From Marsupella aquatica (Eukaryota > Plantae > Marchantiophyta), in the NCBI GenBank assembly GCA_973895155.1, contig OZ316893.1:19038857-19102856 (forward strand): a stretch of 64,000 bases of DNA. Direction: 5' to 3'. Within the stretch, counting starts at the first letter, position 1, and every line of letters begins with the position of its first letter. Shown in pieces: positions 22,980 through 37,290 of this stretch. Under the pieces are notes generated by a model. That model was not told the DNA's origin. It searched no databases and saw only the letters and a program-made list of their open reading frames with translations. The position numbers and the translations under genes are program-made.

Positions 22980-24250
22980 TAAGTATGATCCTTTCTATGG
23001 GGCCAGAATGAGCTTGCTGGGGCCAGGATCCCTTTGATTGTTTGTAAATGACTTGCCAGGCCTAAAAATCGAAGGGGGCTGGGCCTGAAGTATTTCAGTA
23101 GTCACTCAAATGCTTTACTAAACAAGTGGTTCACTCATGCGTTGGTTAATCCGAACTTGGAAAGGGGAGCCCGTGTATTCAGTGAATGAGACTTACCAAA
23201 TGGAGGAATAACAAGACAATACATTCGAATTGGTACACTATGACTGGGATGTTACTTAGCACTCCGCAAGCATTTGGCAGGCTTGTGCAACTTTGAAGTG
23301 CTTGGGAAAAGGTGAGAGAGAAAAGGATTGTCTGCCCTAATGCTACTGCAATCCCTGGTCACTAGGGATTGGAAGATCTACTTACATGCACATAGGGATT
23401 CCATGCTTTATCTGAGGACTTATGATATCAGTACGTATCAAGGGGAAACTTCGTATGAGAAATCTGAGCAACTTCTGGTCTATTACTGCTGGTGCCAGGA
23501 TTGATGTAGAAGTTAGACTTAGTCGTTTGAAAAGAACACCTGAGCGACACCTATTGAAGATCCATAATTCTTCACTTACATGAAGCCACTTTGACTCTTT
23601 GGCCCGGCAGTGGCGCTGGACCAAATAGGATGTGGCAATTAAGAATCTTGGTGTCTCTAACTGCAAATTATATAATATGCTTCAACATACAGGTCCTGAT
23701 TACTCTTGGATAAATTAAATCGGATCTCATATAAAACATTCTCAAAGGATGATTGGAGTTACCTATGGCGGCACCTATGGTCTTCTCATTTATCCACTTG
23801 GGCGAGCACTCGGGTCAAGGTGTTTGTGTGGTGGATCCTTGCTCAACAACTCTTTACTGCCTCTCAGGCTCTCCGTATTGGAAAATCTGATGGATGTTGT
23901 TGTATTTGCCCTAGAATAGTTGAGACCGCATCTTTTCTTTGCATGCTCATATGCCACCTATTGTTTGAGAACTGCTCAAGGTTGGCTGAACGGTGAAAGC
24001 ATTCAACCTTGTTTCAAACCGGTTGGCTGCTTGCGTACTCTTCAGAGATCAGGACATACCAACACTGAGATTATTCATGATATATCAATTTCTGTGGAGG
24101 CTAGCAACTAATGGACAGACTTTTGATCCAGTACAAAGAAGTTGCCTCAACCAGCACTCGATCGTGGCTGAGACCCTGGATTTGCTTGACTGCCATCAGT
24201 GTAGCCACGCACCCCGCAAATAGGCATACAAAACTACTGCCGGCCCGAGA
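22980..24250 (+). mobile_element. Degenerate L1-clade LINE ORF2 3' remnant
   Basis: SFLWGQ...PK..RGLGLK...ALLNKW at ~22990-23130 and zf-RVT-like WRHLWS...RVKVFVWWIL...CCICP..VET at ~23760-23930, with stops and frameshifts. Confidence 0.75.
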
Positions 24251-25819
24251 TGTGATGCCCAGGTGATAGCAGCTGAAAGAGCCCGTTTGACGAGACTTGG
24301 TCAATGCCACTCTAATTCTCCACCTGTATTTGGTTTATGCTTTGATTTTCTCTTAGATAAATGGTAGGACAGAATAAACCACTTCATATACACTTCATTT
24401 GAATACCTTGCTAGCTTATTATGTAAACACTTAGAGGTTCTATGGCCCTTTGTTAGGATGTCTCTCGTTGACTTAATGTTAGCACTAGCATAGACTAGTG
24501 CTAACTTTTGACTTGATTGCTTATGTCTGTGAGTCTGGGAAGGTGGTGTAGTGATGACTACATTTTTGTTAGTGCTGTATGGTTTGGCTGTGTTCACCGT
24601 GCCCTGGCTTTCCCTCCCACTCACTGTTCTCTTTCTGGGCCACTTTGGCCTCTTTTACTCTTTGGGTGTTGTTATGCTTTTATTGGCCTGCTGGTTTCCC
24701 ATCTGTGGACTCACGTGGTATACAACAAAACAAATCAAAAATATTCTTAGGTGAACATGAATCTTATCGTTTTTTGACTACCCAAAATAACCTAAATTAT
24801 AGTGCCATATTAAATCACTCACTCATGCATTAACATCGTCAGACAACCTCATGTGGGTTCAAAAGTAGTTGCATACCTATGGAAGTATGTTTTCCCAGGA
24901 TATTTGCATTCAGAGCTGATAGTGGTCTTCTATGCTTTTCCCATCTGAATCATAGCAATTTCAAACTCAGTTGTCTTCCATCGGCAAAATCTACATTGTC
25001 AATCTCTCAACAAGACTGTTTTGCCAATATTTACATACTCATGCCAAATGAATGGGCTTTTGGATATTCTCAGGATGATATTCGTGCATTGTCCTCCCTT
25101 TTGCACTTTGCACAGGACATACCCATGACCCAAATAGCTAGCTTGTCCCAAATGCCGGATCAATTTGGCCTTGACTCTAGCAACCATCTCCACGGCTCTA
25201 ACTCAACCAAAAGTCTAAGGCAAAAATGCATTTAGACCTCAAATAAACTTGTCTGCAGAAGGTACCTTGCTTTATGTTTGCCAAGCTTCCACGTTTATGA
25301 ACCTGTGGCCAACACAAACGGTGCAAAGCCTATCCCCAAATACTTGGTTGAGTTATAGCAAAACTTGGTCATCATTAAGTGCTTGGTCCAATCCTTCTAA
25401 TTGGCCGTCACAAAATGTCAAAGATAATATTCCATGGTATCATTTTTTTTGGCCATCCGTCTCATGATGGCCGGCATGATGGTAAGCGAATGCCCTAGGA
25501 AGGTCTGTGTTGGACAACCAAAACAACGTCTTCCAGAAGTGGCCAATGAACTTAGTGTCACAGGTGGACAAGATGTGCAATGACAATCCCCATTGACAAA
25601 AACCATTGTCAAACACTAGATTGGCAACCTCTATGGCCAAAACCATTTTTGTAGTAGACAGGAACTACATCATCTTGGAAAAATGATCCAAGGATGGAGT
25701 TATTATTGTGGGATCTGATAACCAAACAATGAAGTCCATGGAGATTGACTTTTGAGGCGGCGCAACTACTGGTAACAGTTGCAGTAGTCCTCCTTTTGCT
25801 CTATAGAACGTCGAGGGTT

Positions 25820-26030
25820 GTCAAGGTCAGAAAAAGATAGCATGTGAAGGCAAGAAAAGATGTCAAGGTGAGGAAAATATGTCAAGCCAAGTGACAAAAG
25901 ATCTTGAAGAGAGAAAAAGTTATTGAGGAAAGGAAAGATGTTGAGGTTGAGAAAATGCCATGGTGAGATAAAAAATGTTAATGTGAGAAAATAACAAGAT
26001 GTAAAAAAATGTCAAGGCAAGGCAAAAATA
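25820..26030 (-). repeat. Degenerate ~20-bp repeats related to 3740-4140 (opposite orientation)
   Basis: AAAAGATGTCAAGG...GAGAAAA-type units are the reverse complement of the TCTCCTCGACATCTTTT units; no Helitron terminus was found here. Confidence 0.45.
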
Positions 26031-26339
26031 TAATATAAACTTTGCAATGTAGTTGTTGAGACATGTTATGTGTGATTTTGGCCATACATTTCTTGTGATC
26101 ATGTACAACAACATGCAGTGCGTTGCATATAGAAATTGGAGACACAAGATAACAGCCACCTCATCATATAAAGTCCAAGCACAACCAAGTGACAGAATAA
26201 TTTTTTTTAACTTTTAAAGTTTTAGAGAATAATTTTTTTCTACTTTATGAATATTCAAAAGTTTTTCAGAAATTTTAATTTTTTCCCAATTGATTACATT
26301 TAAATATAAATATATACATTTAATTTTTTAATTTTTAAG

Positions 26340-27872
26340 TTTTATCTTGGGCAGGTGCGAGCAAGCTAAAGGGCAACTTGGGCAGACATTTAGTTTAGAT
26401 GGGGTGTATGGATAGATCCAAAGGTGTAAAAAAATAAACTTTGATGAAGGATCAGGATTGGTTCCAGCTTTCATATGAGTTCGTAAACAGACGATCCCAT
26501 TTTTTTGGCGGGATATGATATTGTTTTAGTAGTGACTGTGAAGAAAAAAGCCCTTGTTGTGGACTATATTGTGGTAAATAAGTGATTTGTAGATTAGTGG
26601 GAGAGGTGCAATAAAATGTTGAGTTAAAACCAAGGCTTCTTTCATATCTTTGTTACCAATTGCAATGGTGCTACCATTTTTTGGGCCACTTTCAACAATA
26701 ACATTAGGCAAATTAGAGTGAATGGTCATGAAGGGCAATGATGCTATCATTCTTTAAGGGACACATTGAAGAATGGGGTAGCACCGGACAACATTGGGCA
26801 ACAAAAAGAGATAAGGAAAAAACATGAGGCAAAATGGGAATAGCAAGGGGAAATTTTGGACATCAAGTAGAATTGAAAAGAAAAAATAACATCTATTAGA
26901 AACTACATCTATGAGGTACCTCATTAACAAGTGTGATTTCGTAGTGCACACTAGGACTAATCAACTTGTCAATAATTACCTAGTGCGCACTCTAGGTGCA
27001 TGATGATACATCTGACATACAGTTCCACTGTTGAGTCTCACAAATAAAATAAGAGCATTGTTAGCACATAAATTTTGTAGAGGCTTTATCCCAGGTTGAG
27101 GTTTGTAGAAAATTGAGGCTTCACAAGAGATAGCTAATTGATTCTATTAAGTAGATCATCCTCATGGTCAATAGGTATAGGCCTGTCAACAAATCTCACA
27201 TGTGACCCATCATCAACAAATCCATGGAAGACATTGTAGGATTAATAAACTGATGTTGCTTCACTGTGCTCAAAAAGTCAAAACAACAATCTAGAATTTC
27301 CCTCGCCACAACAATTTCACTCACACCACTATATCATCCAAAAAATGTATTTTGTTCAAAGGGATAACACAGAATTAAACCCCCGTCTTAATTGAACCTC
27401 ACAAAATTGGCCATTAAAGAGACTCATGGATTACATCATGACAGGTTTCAATTTGGCCACCTCATCAAGATTTTTACTTACAAAATGAGCCATCAGAATT
27501 GTGATCTATGTTCATTGTTAACCAACCTTGGCAAGGTGTCTTCAATATGACTGAACAGTCGAGTTTGTTCAAAAAGTTCTCTTCAACAAACCAATCAGAA
27601 AATGAATAGAACTGATTGTTGGACCAAAACTGATTTCTTGAAATGGTCAGCCCTCGCTTCTCTTGGGAATAGTAATTATTTTTTAATGAAGTTTTTTTAT
27701 CTTCAGCTGGTGCGGGCAGGCTAAAGGACAGCTTGGGCATGCATTTATTTTAGATGGGCTGTTGGGATAGATCAGAGGGTGTAAAAAAAAACAACATTTG
27801 ATGAAGGGTCAGGATTGGTGTTTTCTTTCTTATAAGTTTGTAATCGGATATCCCACTTTTTTAGCTGGATAG
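26340..27872. repeat. Two diverged ~180-bp direct repeats (26340-26516 and 27695-27872), probably old TE fragments
   Basis: Alignable blocks TTTATCTT..GGTGCG.GCA.GCTAAAGG.CA.CTTGGGCA..CATTTA.TTTAGATGGG...GGATAGATC...GGTGTAAAAAAA...TTTGATGAAGG.TCAGGATTGG. Confidence 0.75.
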
Positions 27873-28007
27873 GGTATTTATAGTCCTAAACTTGCACTGG
27901 TTCATTGCCTGTTTTGCCAAAGGGTATGGTTCATCTTCCTTGTGACGATATTTGGCTATAGCTTACAAGGTAGTGGGTTCAAGTTCTGCAATGGAGGGTT
28001 GCACCTT

Positions 28008-29191
28008 TTTTTAAAAATAAAAGAGAACGCTTTATAGCAGGCAGGGGGCAACGGCCACCCAAACCAGAACAAAAACAGCCCAAGGGACACTTAATCAGGC
28101 CAGCGGCACCAATAATGCCTAGGGAACTCTCCCTGGCCCTGGAAATGATGGCATGCACGGGATCCAACGACGTGGCAAACAGTGCCACTCATCCTATCCT
28201 GCATGCAATGGTACTCAAGACTCTCCTGAGGAACCTTGAGCCGAAAACCCCTACGCTTGTTCTCCTTCTCGCTAATGTCTTGGTACAGAGCCATATAGTC
28301 CCTGTACTGAGGTTTGTTCCGATCAAACTTGTTGTGTCTCACACCAAAGGTGAGGTGGTCCTGTCTATCACTAATAGTATGCCACCTACCAAACTTATAG
28401 TGAGAGGGGAGGTGCCTATGATACATCTTAACAGGCTTGCTAGTCATCAACACCTAGGTAGTTAGAGCGCTCGGTTCCTCTAAATTGGCCCAAGGTCTCA
28501 AGATGAGGTCTATCTCTTCTATGTTCCTCTCCAGCTGACGAGATGTTTTACTGGAGTAGCTACTAGCCAGCATAACTTTGAGGTGATCGCTGGTTTTCCT
28601 GAGAATGACCCAGCTAGGGAGGAAGCCCAGAAAGTGAGAGTACACTTTTGCGTTCCTCTCCTTCCACATTTCATTGCACAGCTCTGTGAGGAGAACAATT
28701 GGTCCTGGGTTCCGTTTCTGGGCAAGCAATGCACTGTCCATGGATTCAAAATGGGAATCACGCAGTCTGTTCAAGGTAGTCGTGTGACGTAAAAGCGTCT
28801 TAATCTCAAGCCACCGGTTCTGCACCTTGTTGCAGCTGTTGAACAAGTGTTCAGTGGTCTCGACGCTGCAATTGCATCGTTCGCACAGCCTATTATTCAT
28901 CCCCCACCTGTTGGCCCAATTGTTGTTGAAGAATCCATGTTTGAGGATACGCCAAGTAAGGAAACGTACCTTAGTAAATGCCCAACCTCCCCAGAGTGTT
29001 TTCCATCTGTGCCTCCATTCAATTTCAGTCCCCTGTTGGCCCCATCTTCGATTCAATTGAATGACGTCCCCAACAGAGTTCATAGACTGGGTGGCCCAAG
29101 TTCTTGTCGGGTTCGTCCAACTAAACACCTGTGGTCTCCACTCCCACTGCCAGTTTCTGCAGCGATGTATGTCCAATTCTGCCGGTAGCCC
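28008..29191 (-). mobile_element. 5'-truncated L1-clade LINE with poly(A) end and 17-bp TSD
   Basis: TSD ATGGAGGGTTGCACCTT at 27991-28007 and 29192-29208; T-run on + next to the left copy. ORF 29176-28454 encodes zf-RVT (WKTLW...KVRFLTWRIL...CERC...ETTEHLFNSC...MWKERN). Confidence 0.92.
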
Positions 29192-32100
29192 ATGGAGGGT
29201 TGCACCTTATAACAACTTTTACAAGAACAACTGACAAAAGTGTGAGAGGGGGTGCAAACTAAAGTTTTATGACGGCCCATTGATCACCCCAGGTTTTCGA
29301 GCCAGGGTCCTGTATAAAAGGGCTCATTGGACAAATTCTCAAAGTGTGGGGCCATCAAGGTAGGAGTTGCCACATTGGGGGCCATCAAGCATATACCTGG
29401 TGTGATGGTTAGTGTAATCTAATCGTCAGTCAATCTAATACGGTAGCAGTCCAAGTTCTTTGGTAATTCCAAGGCATATTGCTCTTTGACCACAGACGAC
29501 AACAATTGTAGTCCACTGTCCAGGCTGAGTAATAAGTTATAAAGTTCATAACCCATTCCCACAGCTGTGTGCATTATTTTATTATGACCAATAATAGACA
29601 ACATGAACTCAAAATATAGACAAACAAATAACAAATAGAAACTTCACACTGTGGTTTAGGGAACTCTATATTTGCGTTAAATTTATGCTCTTCTCCCGTG
29701 GTCACGCAACACACAAAATATAGTGTAAACTTGGCTAATAAACGGGCTCAGAAAACTGCAAATGGTTCCTCGGCAATTAAAATACTATTGCAAAACGCAT
29801 TGAATGGTAATTCCATTGTAAGACTATCTTACCACACTCCCATGAACCTTGTAAGCCAGATGCGCCAGGTTACTAGTGATCAGAGACGTATAGATTTTTT
29901 ACAAAGAAAAAATGCTATCTGAATACCCAAAAATATTTTGCCGTTCATCCGGGTTGCACTGGTCCATTCAGGCATTTTGTCAAATGCTTAGGTCCATGTG
30001 GTTTCAGTCTACCTTCATCATGAGTTTATTCTCAAAAGAAGTAAAAGTGATGCTTGGATGTTCCACAAGGTGTAACCATGCACCCTGATGGGGCCTAGCA
30101 GCTTTTGAGATTGAGAAGGTGACCATTTGAGTTCAAAGCAATATTGGGCAATTCATATAGGTTGCCCTGCTCTATACAAGTTTTGAATCAGATTATCTTG
30201 GTTCATCTGGGCTTCTTTTTCCAAACAGGCACCCAACAAAGAACAAAAGAAGTCCAAAAGAAAAGAAGAGGAGAGAAACCCAAACTAAGAGGAAATTAAC
30301 TGATCTCAATTGGTTTTAGGAGCACAGTAGGGCTTTTAGAGTGATTGCTGTTGCTAAGGCTCTCATACATTTTGAGTTTTTCCTTGGTTTTTCCCCCTTT
30401 ATGGGGTCTCCAGCCTTTGGGATCTTGTCTCCATATTAAACCTAACTGGATACTAATGTTTTCTTTGAAACCAAGTTTTATGCACCTTTGAACCAAAATT
30501 TTCTAGAAACTTTAGAAAGTGTTCCAGCCATAAACTTGCAACCTCTCAGCATCTGTGTTCAAACCCAATGACCCCATTTATCATTGTGTATAGTAGTTCT
30601 GAGCTGTACATTCTAACTCACGATTGGACTTTAGTAATTAACCAAAGCCAACTTTAGAGAAGCAATCAAAATTTTTAAGGTCCCTATTTTAGTCTGTACA
30701 AAGGTGCTCAAACCTTTCATGCAACTTTGATCAAGTGAATTTGTTGTGCCTGATCTTTTCCCTTATGTGTTTTTGACACAAATAGCATGACTCATCCTTA
30801 CCTAAGGGAGTTTACAAATAGGTTTATTAGCTGCTTGTTTTTCAGCTTGATGTACATTTATTTGGTGTACTTTAACACGTAGTTATAATCATTGTCCTAA
30901 AGGGCTCCCTAATCGTCACGTTCGCATCATTCCGCATGTCCGCACTATTTTCAACATTTTGTTGGAACGAGTTGACCCCAGGGCTCTTAACCCGAGGTTA
31001 CTTATCAAGTCACCTACCCGCGCCGCCTCCAAGACGTGGTGTCGGCTGCAACTCCGCCGAAAATAGCGGCTCCTCCTCCTCCTCATCTTATTATGACCGG
31101 AGACCGTTCCTTTGTCGGTCCGTGCCATGGCGTGGCTGGCATGGGCATGGCGGCCCCCACTAATTCAATCAATGCTAATGGCCATCACTCTTCTCTTAAT
31201 CCGAGCTCTTTAATTACGACAGCCTTAATCACGTCCCGTAATCTCAGCTGCAAGACTGCAAGAGAGTCATGACTCCCTCGCAATGATCCAAGTGTGGGGA
31301 CTGGAGGAGCTACAGTGGGCGCTGATTTTAAATCATTTTAAATTAGAAATATCCCCCGAGCTAAGCTAAAAACACAGTCATGGTACTAATTAATTGGCTA
31401 ATCTCGAGATCAGTTCAGTTTTGTTTTGAAGTTTATTTGGTTATTAAACAGGTAGGCAGTCGTCGGTTCAGCATCGGGGCAGCAGTGTGGCTGACCTGAG
31501 TCAGGTGCCATGCCCACTGAGTCAGACCGCAGACCTGCCCCGGGCAGCAGGGAGTCTGGGAGGGTGGGCTCGGGACCATTTATTTATAGAAAGTCCTGGG
31601 GAATTGTTCCAAAAGCGTAGCTTAGAATACGAGGTTAGCATTGGTCGTTGGTGGCGGTGATTACTATTTGAGTACTGTACCTGGAAATGCAAAGCATTCT
31701 GCACTCTCTGCGTTTCGAAGACATTTTCAGGACAAGTTTTGATCGGCTTTTCTGTGAGGAAAAGTCACGATGTCTTCTGTTCGTCAACAACGAGCTGTCA
31801 GCCTGGATGCAACCAGGCGGCCACCGTGGCAGTGAATGCGGAGAGCTGTCACATAATTATACTGTGACAGTATCATTCTCTGAAATTGAGGATCCGCTCA
31901 TTCCTAATCCCCGCCTGGAAAAGCTATCATGCTTGAAAAACGCTTGCAAATTTCGCCCCACCCTGATGAATGCCAGGGTCAATGGAAATGAACTTCTCAC
32001 AAGTATTCCATGGTATACAACAATGTGAACCACGCTAGCTAGAGTTCCTGGCTTGTACTTTTGGTAAGAAAATGTCAGTGTTGACAAGGGATCACCCCAC

Positions 32101-35100
32101 TCGTACGGCCCATTGTTGTCCACCGAACCTTGAATTCTCACACTGGATTACTTGAAGCTGACTATTGCAAACTTGTTACTAAGTGGCCCCAAATAAACCA
32201 GCTATCCCAATTTTCTTGTTTCAGACCCATTTTTGGAATCAAAAGATTTTCAGTAGGGGACCAATCGGAAAAGTAGGATACATTTTAGTTAGACACTCCA
32301 ATTGTAGGCATGCATCATTGGCTTCAGATTGAGTTCAGCATAGTATTTAGTAGAAACGTTGGCATATCAATTTTATACTTACAACGAAACCTCCCTAAAT
32401 GGATCTCCCATATTTGAATATCCTCCCAAAATGCATGACATTCCAAGGGAACATGTTTTAGATTTCTTTGTATTTCACAGGCTTTACAGGCTTTGCATCC
32501 AATGTGAATATTAGCAATGAAAAACCTCTTCCCCTATCCTTTTCATTTCGAGCATCCTTCTGTAATTTTCTTGATGAGAACCCAAAATGAAATGTATTAC
32601 TTGATAGTACCCTGAGTGATCCAGACCCTTGATTTATAGTACCCAAAATTTCAGGGTCATATCAAGTAACACAGTCCCATCAAGCAAATCCCTGTATACA
32701 CATTTTAGGTTTATCAGATTTATTAATACTATCTACTAAAAATATTGTCACTTACCTGGGATTGATTACATCTCTTCTCTTTAAGGATTGCCTGCAGAAG
32801 ATATTTGGTCTTCTCATAAAACTGTGATCTCTCTGGTGTCAACAATGTCTATACTTTTAGAAAGATTGGGCATTTTTATAATCCTAAGTTGCGGTGATTC
32901 TGGTCACCTATAATCAATCGCCAAGTCGAATCACATCATTTCGAGTCTACAGGTCGTCTAAATACAGTGATAACCAACATACATGAACTTTTCATGACAT
33001 TCAAGATTATTGTTAGATTGGAGAAGATCGGCATGCATGCACTAGAGGCAGGAATGGCCCAGCGCACTGATTTCGGTGCGCGAGTCGAAGCGAAGATCAT
33101 TCTGTTGTGCTCCAAAAATTTCTCCACCCTGATCCCCAAGTTGATCCCGTACTTCACAATAAGGGATGTGGTGCAGTTTCGATCCTCGGCCAGCCTTGAT
33201 GATTGCAACGACAGCAAGGGTTGTGTGTGTATGTGTTAATCCATCGCCAACAGCGCAGTCAGCTAACAAACAAAGATTCATGCACGTCTGCCCGTCGCCA
33301 GTAAGCTAACAAACAAATATTCATGCCCAAGCTGCCCGTCCCGCCTTCCAGGCTGCCCCCGCTACGGAAGCACATAGACCCACGAAACGAACACAAGTCC
33401 AATTCTGCTTCCTCCTTGCCCGGGCTGCCCGCTGCCATGCCTAGTACCTGCCTGACAATATGAGGTACAACCAGCAACGAAAAACATTTTTTTCATCCTG
33501 CCCGCCTGCCTTACTTTCCTGATCCTGCCCTGCTCTAACAGAAGAAGCAACACAATTAACTCTCTCTGAATGCACACAACTCTCTTGATTGCACTAAACC
33601 AGTTGTTTGCATTCATGGATAAGCACAAATCCCCTAAAATTTGCACTTATTGATAAATTTGCCCCTAGAATGAGCAGTCTTACATGAATTGTACATCCTT
33701 GCCCTAATTGGGTGTCCAACGCCATAAGCACATTTTGTAATCTGCTAAGAAAGAGAGCCTACATTTATCAGTACATGCAATCCGATGGGATTGAGTGCTT
33801 ATTGATAAGTGCAAATCCTTTCTTAGTAGAGTACAAAGGTACTTACCTAGTATTTTGCTTTATGAAGTTGTTTTTTAGAACGAAAATGCAAACTCATCCT
33901 TAAAAAAAGGAAGTACATAATGCCTTGAACTTAGCCAGTTCTTGTGCTATGGGATTTGCGCTTAGAGAGAGTCAACTGTACAGAACCAGTAAAACAAGTA
34001 AGTCCCACATAACTTATTTACTTCATACCTCTGACCATCCGAGTGCAATCGACACTCTCACCGACATTACAGGATGGTATTCAATCGATTCGTTGGAGTT
34101 CTGAATTTTGAAATGAAAAATGAACGAGTCGTCATCGCTTATGGATCTATATCTACTCGGGATGAACTTCGTAGCAAAGAGAAGACGAATCGAATCTTGC
34201 CCCGCGAGCTAAGCTAATGCACGCAATAGAAATTATGAGAATTTATATGGAAAAAAAGGAGAAGGCCAATCAAGTACGTAGTCGCTTTAGCCAGAGCCTA
34301 GAGCGAAGAAATCGCTGGCGTGTCATGATAAGTCCAATCTGCGTATCAAACCTAGAGGACTGAGAATGGCCTAGAGCAGCATAGTAGAGTCTCGATGCTA
34401 TCGAGACTTGCTGATCGACGGGCAGAGATCTAGAGGACGACGGAGGAGAGCGAGGTCTCGGAAGGTCATACATGTGGGATCGAGGGTGTGCATGTGACCA
34501 TGAATGGCGAGGAGGGATGATGATAATAATCGCCACACTATACGAGGCCAATTGAATAAATTGATCAAAGCCTTCCCACCCTCCCAATGATGAGCAGAAA
34601 CCACAGTAATCGAAAAAGCTTGACTATGTAATCCAGTACAGCAGTAATGTCTTGCATTTCAGATAGCGAATTATAAAGCCTGCCACGCGGGGTAAGAAGA
34701 ATTTTATACCATGACTCACGACATGGATGATTTGTCTTCGACTCGAAAAATAATTTTCATTAAACAATTAAAAACACAGGCGTCCGATGCGTTCGGCCAG
34801 AGACTTCTCCTGGCTATGATGCAAGTGTGGGGAGCCTTGGGGTGCTGAATGAGATTCGTCTTCACCTGTATCGTATGTGAGAGATAGGACCAGCTCAATC
34901 CCTGTGCAGTACGTACGTATCTTTCCCAAATTTCAAAGTGAAGTCGGTCACTGAGAGACCTACTTGCCTACTCTCAAAATCCATCGAGTACCAATCGAGA
35001 AGTTCCATAATTATCGTGGAGATTTAGTGTCGAGAGTCGAGCTACGGTGGTCGTCTGTGGACAGTTTCGAAGCAAGCAATCAAGTTCTAGAAAACAAACA

Positions 35101-37013
35101 CAATGGTTGGTAGGGAAAGCGTAGTTCGGTGACAGGAGACAGAGCTGAGCAATAACTAATTAGCACTAATGAGAGCTTACTAATGAGGCCAGTAATCACA
35201 ACTGTAGTGCTTTTATTTAACTACTGAACAGTAATGAAACTGGAGGTATCTACATAGGGGGCCGCGCCGTATTGGTGGGGTGGACCCTACTGTATTCAAT
35301 AATTCCACATGGGCAACGAAGATCTTGAATCTCAACCCAACCCAACGTGAGATACACAATGACCTAGCAGGCAAGGAAGACTGTGACAGTGTCTTGGAGT
35401 TCACAACCGAGAAGAAAACACTTCCGGAACCTGTTTAATAGTGCTTTGAAAGTTCAACTTCCTAAAGAGATTTGATGAACGGCCAGAATGGTCGCGGACC
35501 GGATCTCCAGTTCACATATATTACTAAATTTGCATCCCATTTCACACTGTTCACCTCACTTAGTCTTATAAAAAAAGTAGCGTTACTTCCGAATTAGTCT
35601 TAGTAGCACTAATTGTCTGGACTTGCTGCGGATAGGAAAGTCACTCTGTATGTGAACCGGGAATGAATTTCACATAACCTAAATTTCCGAAGCTGTCGAG
35701 CGACAGTCACTGAGATCCTGAACTTACTGCAACTTGGCATTTGTACTGCATGGTCTATTTGACATCGCCGCGAAGCATGGATTACGGCATAGCTACCACA
35801 TATGCATGCCTCGTGGCAGAGATCTCACGACTAAGTGAACTAAATATGTAGCTGGCAGGGAAGTAAATCACGTTCAGTTCAGTAGCATCGAGAGGGGATG
35901 CAAGTCTTCAGCAGCAGTACTCATCAAAACAATGCCCTAAAAGCGAGCAGAAGCAAAAAAACGCAAATCGTTCTAAATCGAAAGTGGAGATTCACACCAA
36001 ATTAATGTTGAGTAATACTAAATGTTATGAACAGTGTACTTGTGCAAATTAATTCAAATGATATTCAGATCATTCCGGATGTTGTCTCCTAATTTTCTCA
36101 AGAATTTGACGCTTTAATTTGACTTTGTCTCTGGGGCGAAACACAACGAGAGAATCAGAGCGGATCCGCGGACAAAATTAATCTCCTTTCTGTACTCAAG
36201 TCTTCAATTATCCAATTTCTCTTGGCACGTGCTTGGACGACTTATTACACTTCGTGCCTGAAATGTTCGAGGATCGACGGATGAGTCTTCCCTTAAATTA
36301 CTAATCGACGACTGTCCAGGGATTTCTCCAAGAGGGTAGATTGCAGTCGAGCCGAAGCAGAATGCAAGTAGTAATTACACCCCCTTAAGGTAAGGTGTCT
36401 TAAGGAGTTAATGCTTCGGGAGGGCTGCTGTCCGAGGAACATCGAACACACTGTAACTTATACTGGCATTGGTCCCTCAGTCTCTGGGCATGCACGCATC
36501 AAGACGGGGCTGATGGAGGGGGGGGGGGACGAGGGGCTACGATATGAACAGTGAACCTTGATCTCTCCTGTTGTAGGTACAATAAACGAGCTCTCCCGGA
36601 AACAGTATGAGAAGAACGAGGCAGTGCTGGAATTGGTTGGCCGTCAGAATCGAGCAGGCCCGCGTATCCGACCAAAATCAACCCCGATGTGTTGTGGTGT
36701 ATTTTTATTGTGGTGGGATAGATGGCTGCGTATAATAACAAGGGGAGTCGCGGAGATGGCGGAGTTCTGTAGCTGACTCGACATTACGGTGTTACGCCTG
36801 TGCGCAAATGTCGAAAGAACACCGATACTCGTTAACGTGCAATACAATAATCAAATCGTACATCTGAGCTGTATGGGTTAGAAGTTACGACCCCAGGGCA
36901 ATTGGACTTTGCTCCGGAGATGCAGGCCCTGCGCTCTACTATTGACGTGTGGGTTTGGTAAATCTAGAGGGTGCAGGTAACAGGTAGCCAATGCATTTCT
37001 GTTGATCAGTACT

Positions 37014-37290
37014 GTTAAATGCGTGAACAGTCCCTATTGTGGGTCCCTATTGTGGTTACTGTACAAAATATGCCCAAAGGCCTCTCAAACCTGAAGTGCC
37101 TCAATTTTTTTCCTGGGCCTACTAAAGTATCAGTTTTGGCCGTCTGTCACAAGTGATATACCACCTGTTTGCAAGTTTGTCACTTTAGTTCAGGGTTAAC
37201 CATAACCAAAATCTCAATTATTCTAGTTTGGACTCCCTATTATAGTAAATCCCAGTAACCACAATAGGGACTGTTCACTCATTTAACCCC
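37014..37290. mobile_element. MITE with ~35-bp terminal inverted repeats
   Basis: GTTAAATGCGTGAACAGTCCCTATTGTGG(+13-bp duplication)TTACTG versus CAGTAACCACAATAGGGACTGTTCACTCATTTAAC; no clear TSD. Confidence 0.8.

Noticed and set aside
26340-27872. Direct repeats as LTRs of a TRIM element
   Set aside because: No TG...CA ends, PBS, PPT or TSD found.
35144-35158. GCTGAGCAATAACTA matches the sequence before the T7 terminator in vectors
   Set aside because: Only 15 nt, with no terminator hairpin or other vector sequence; coincidence.
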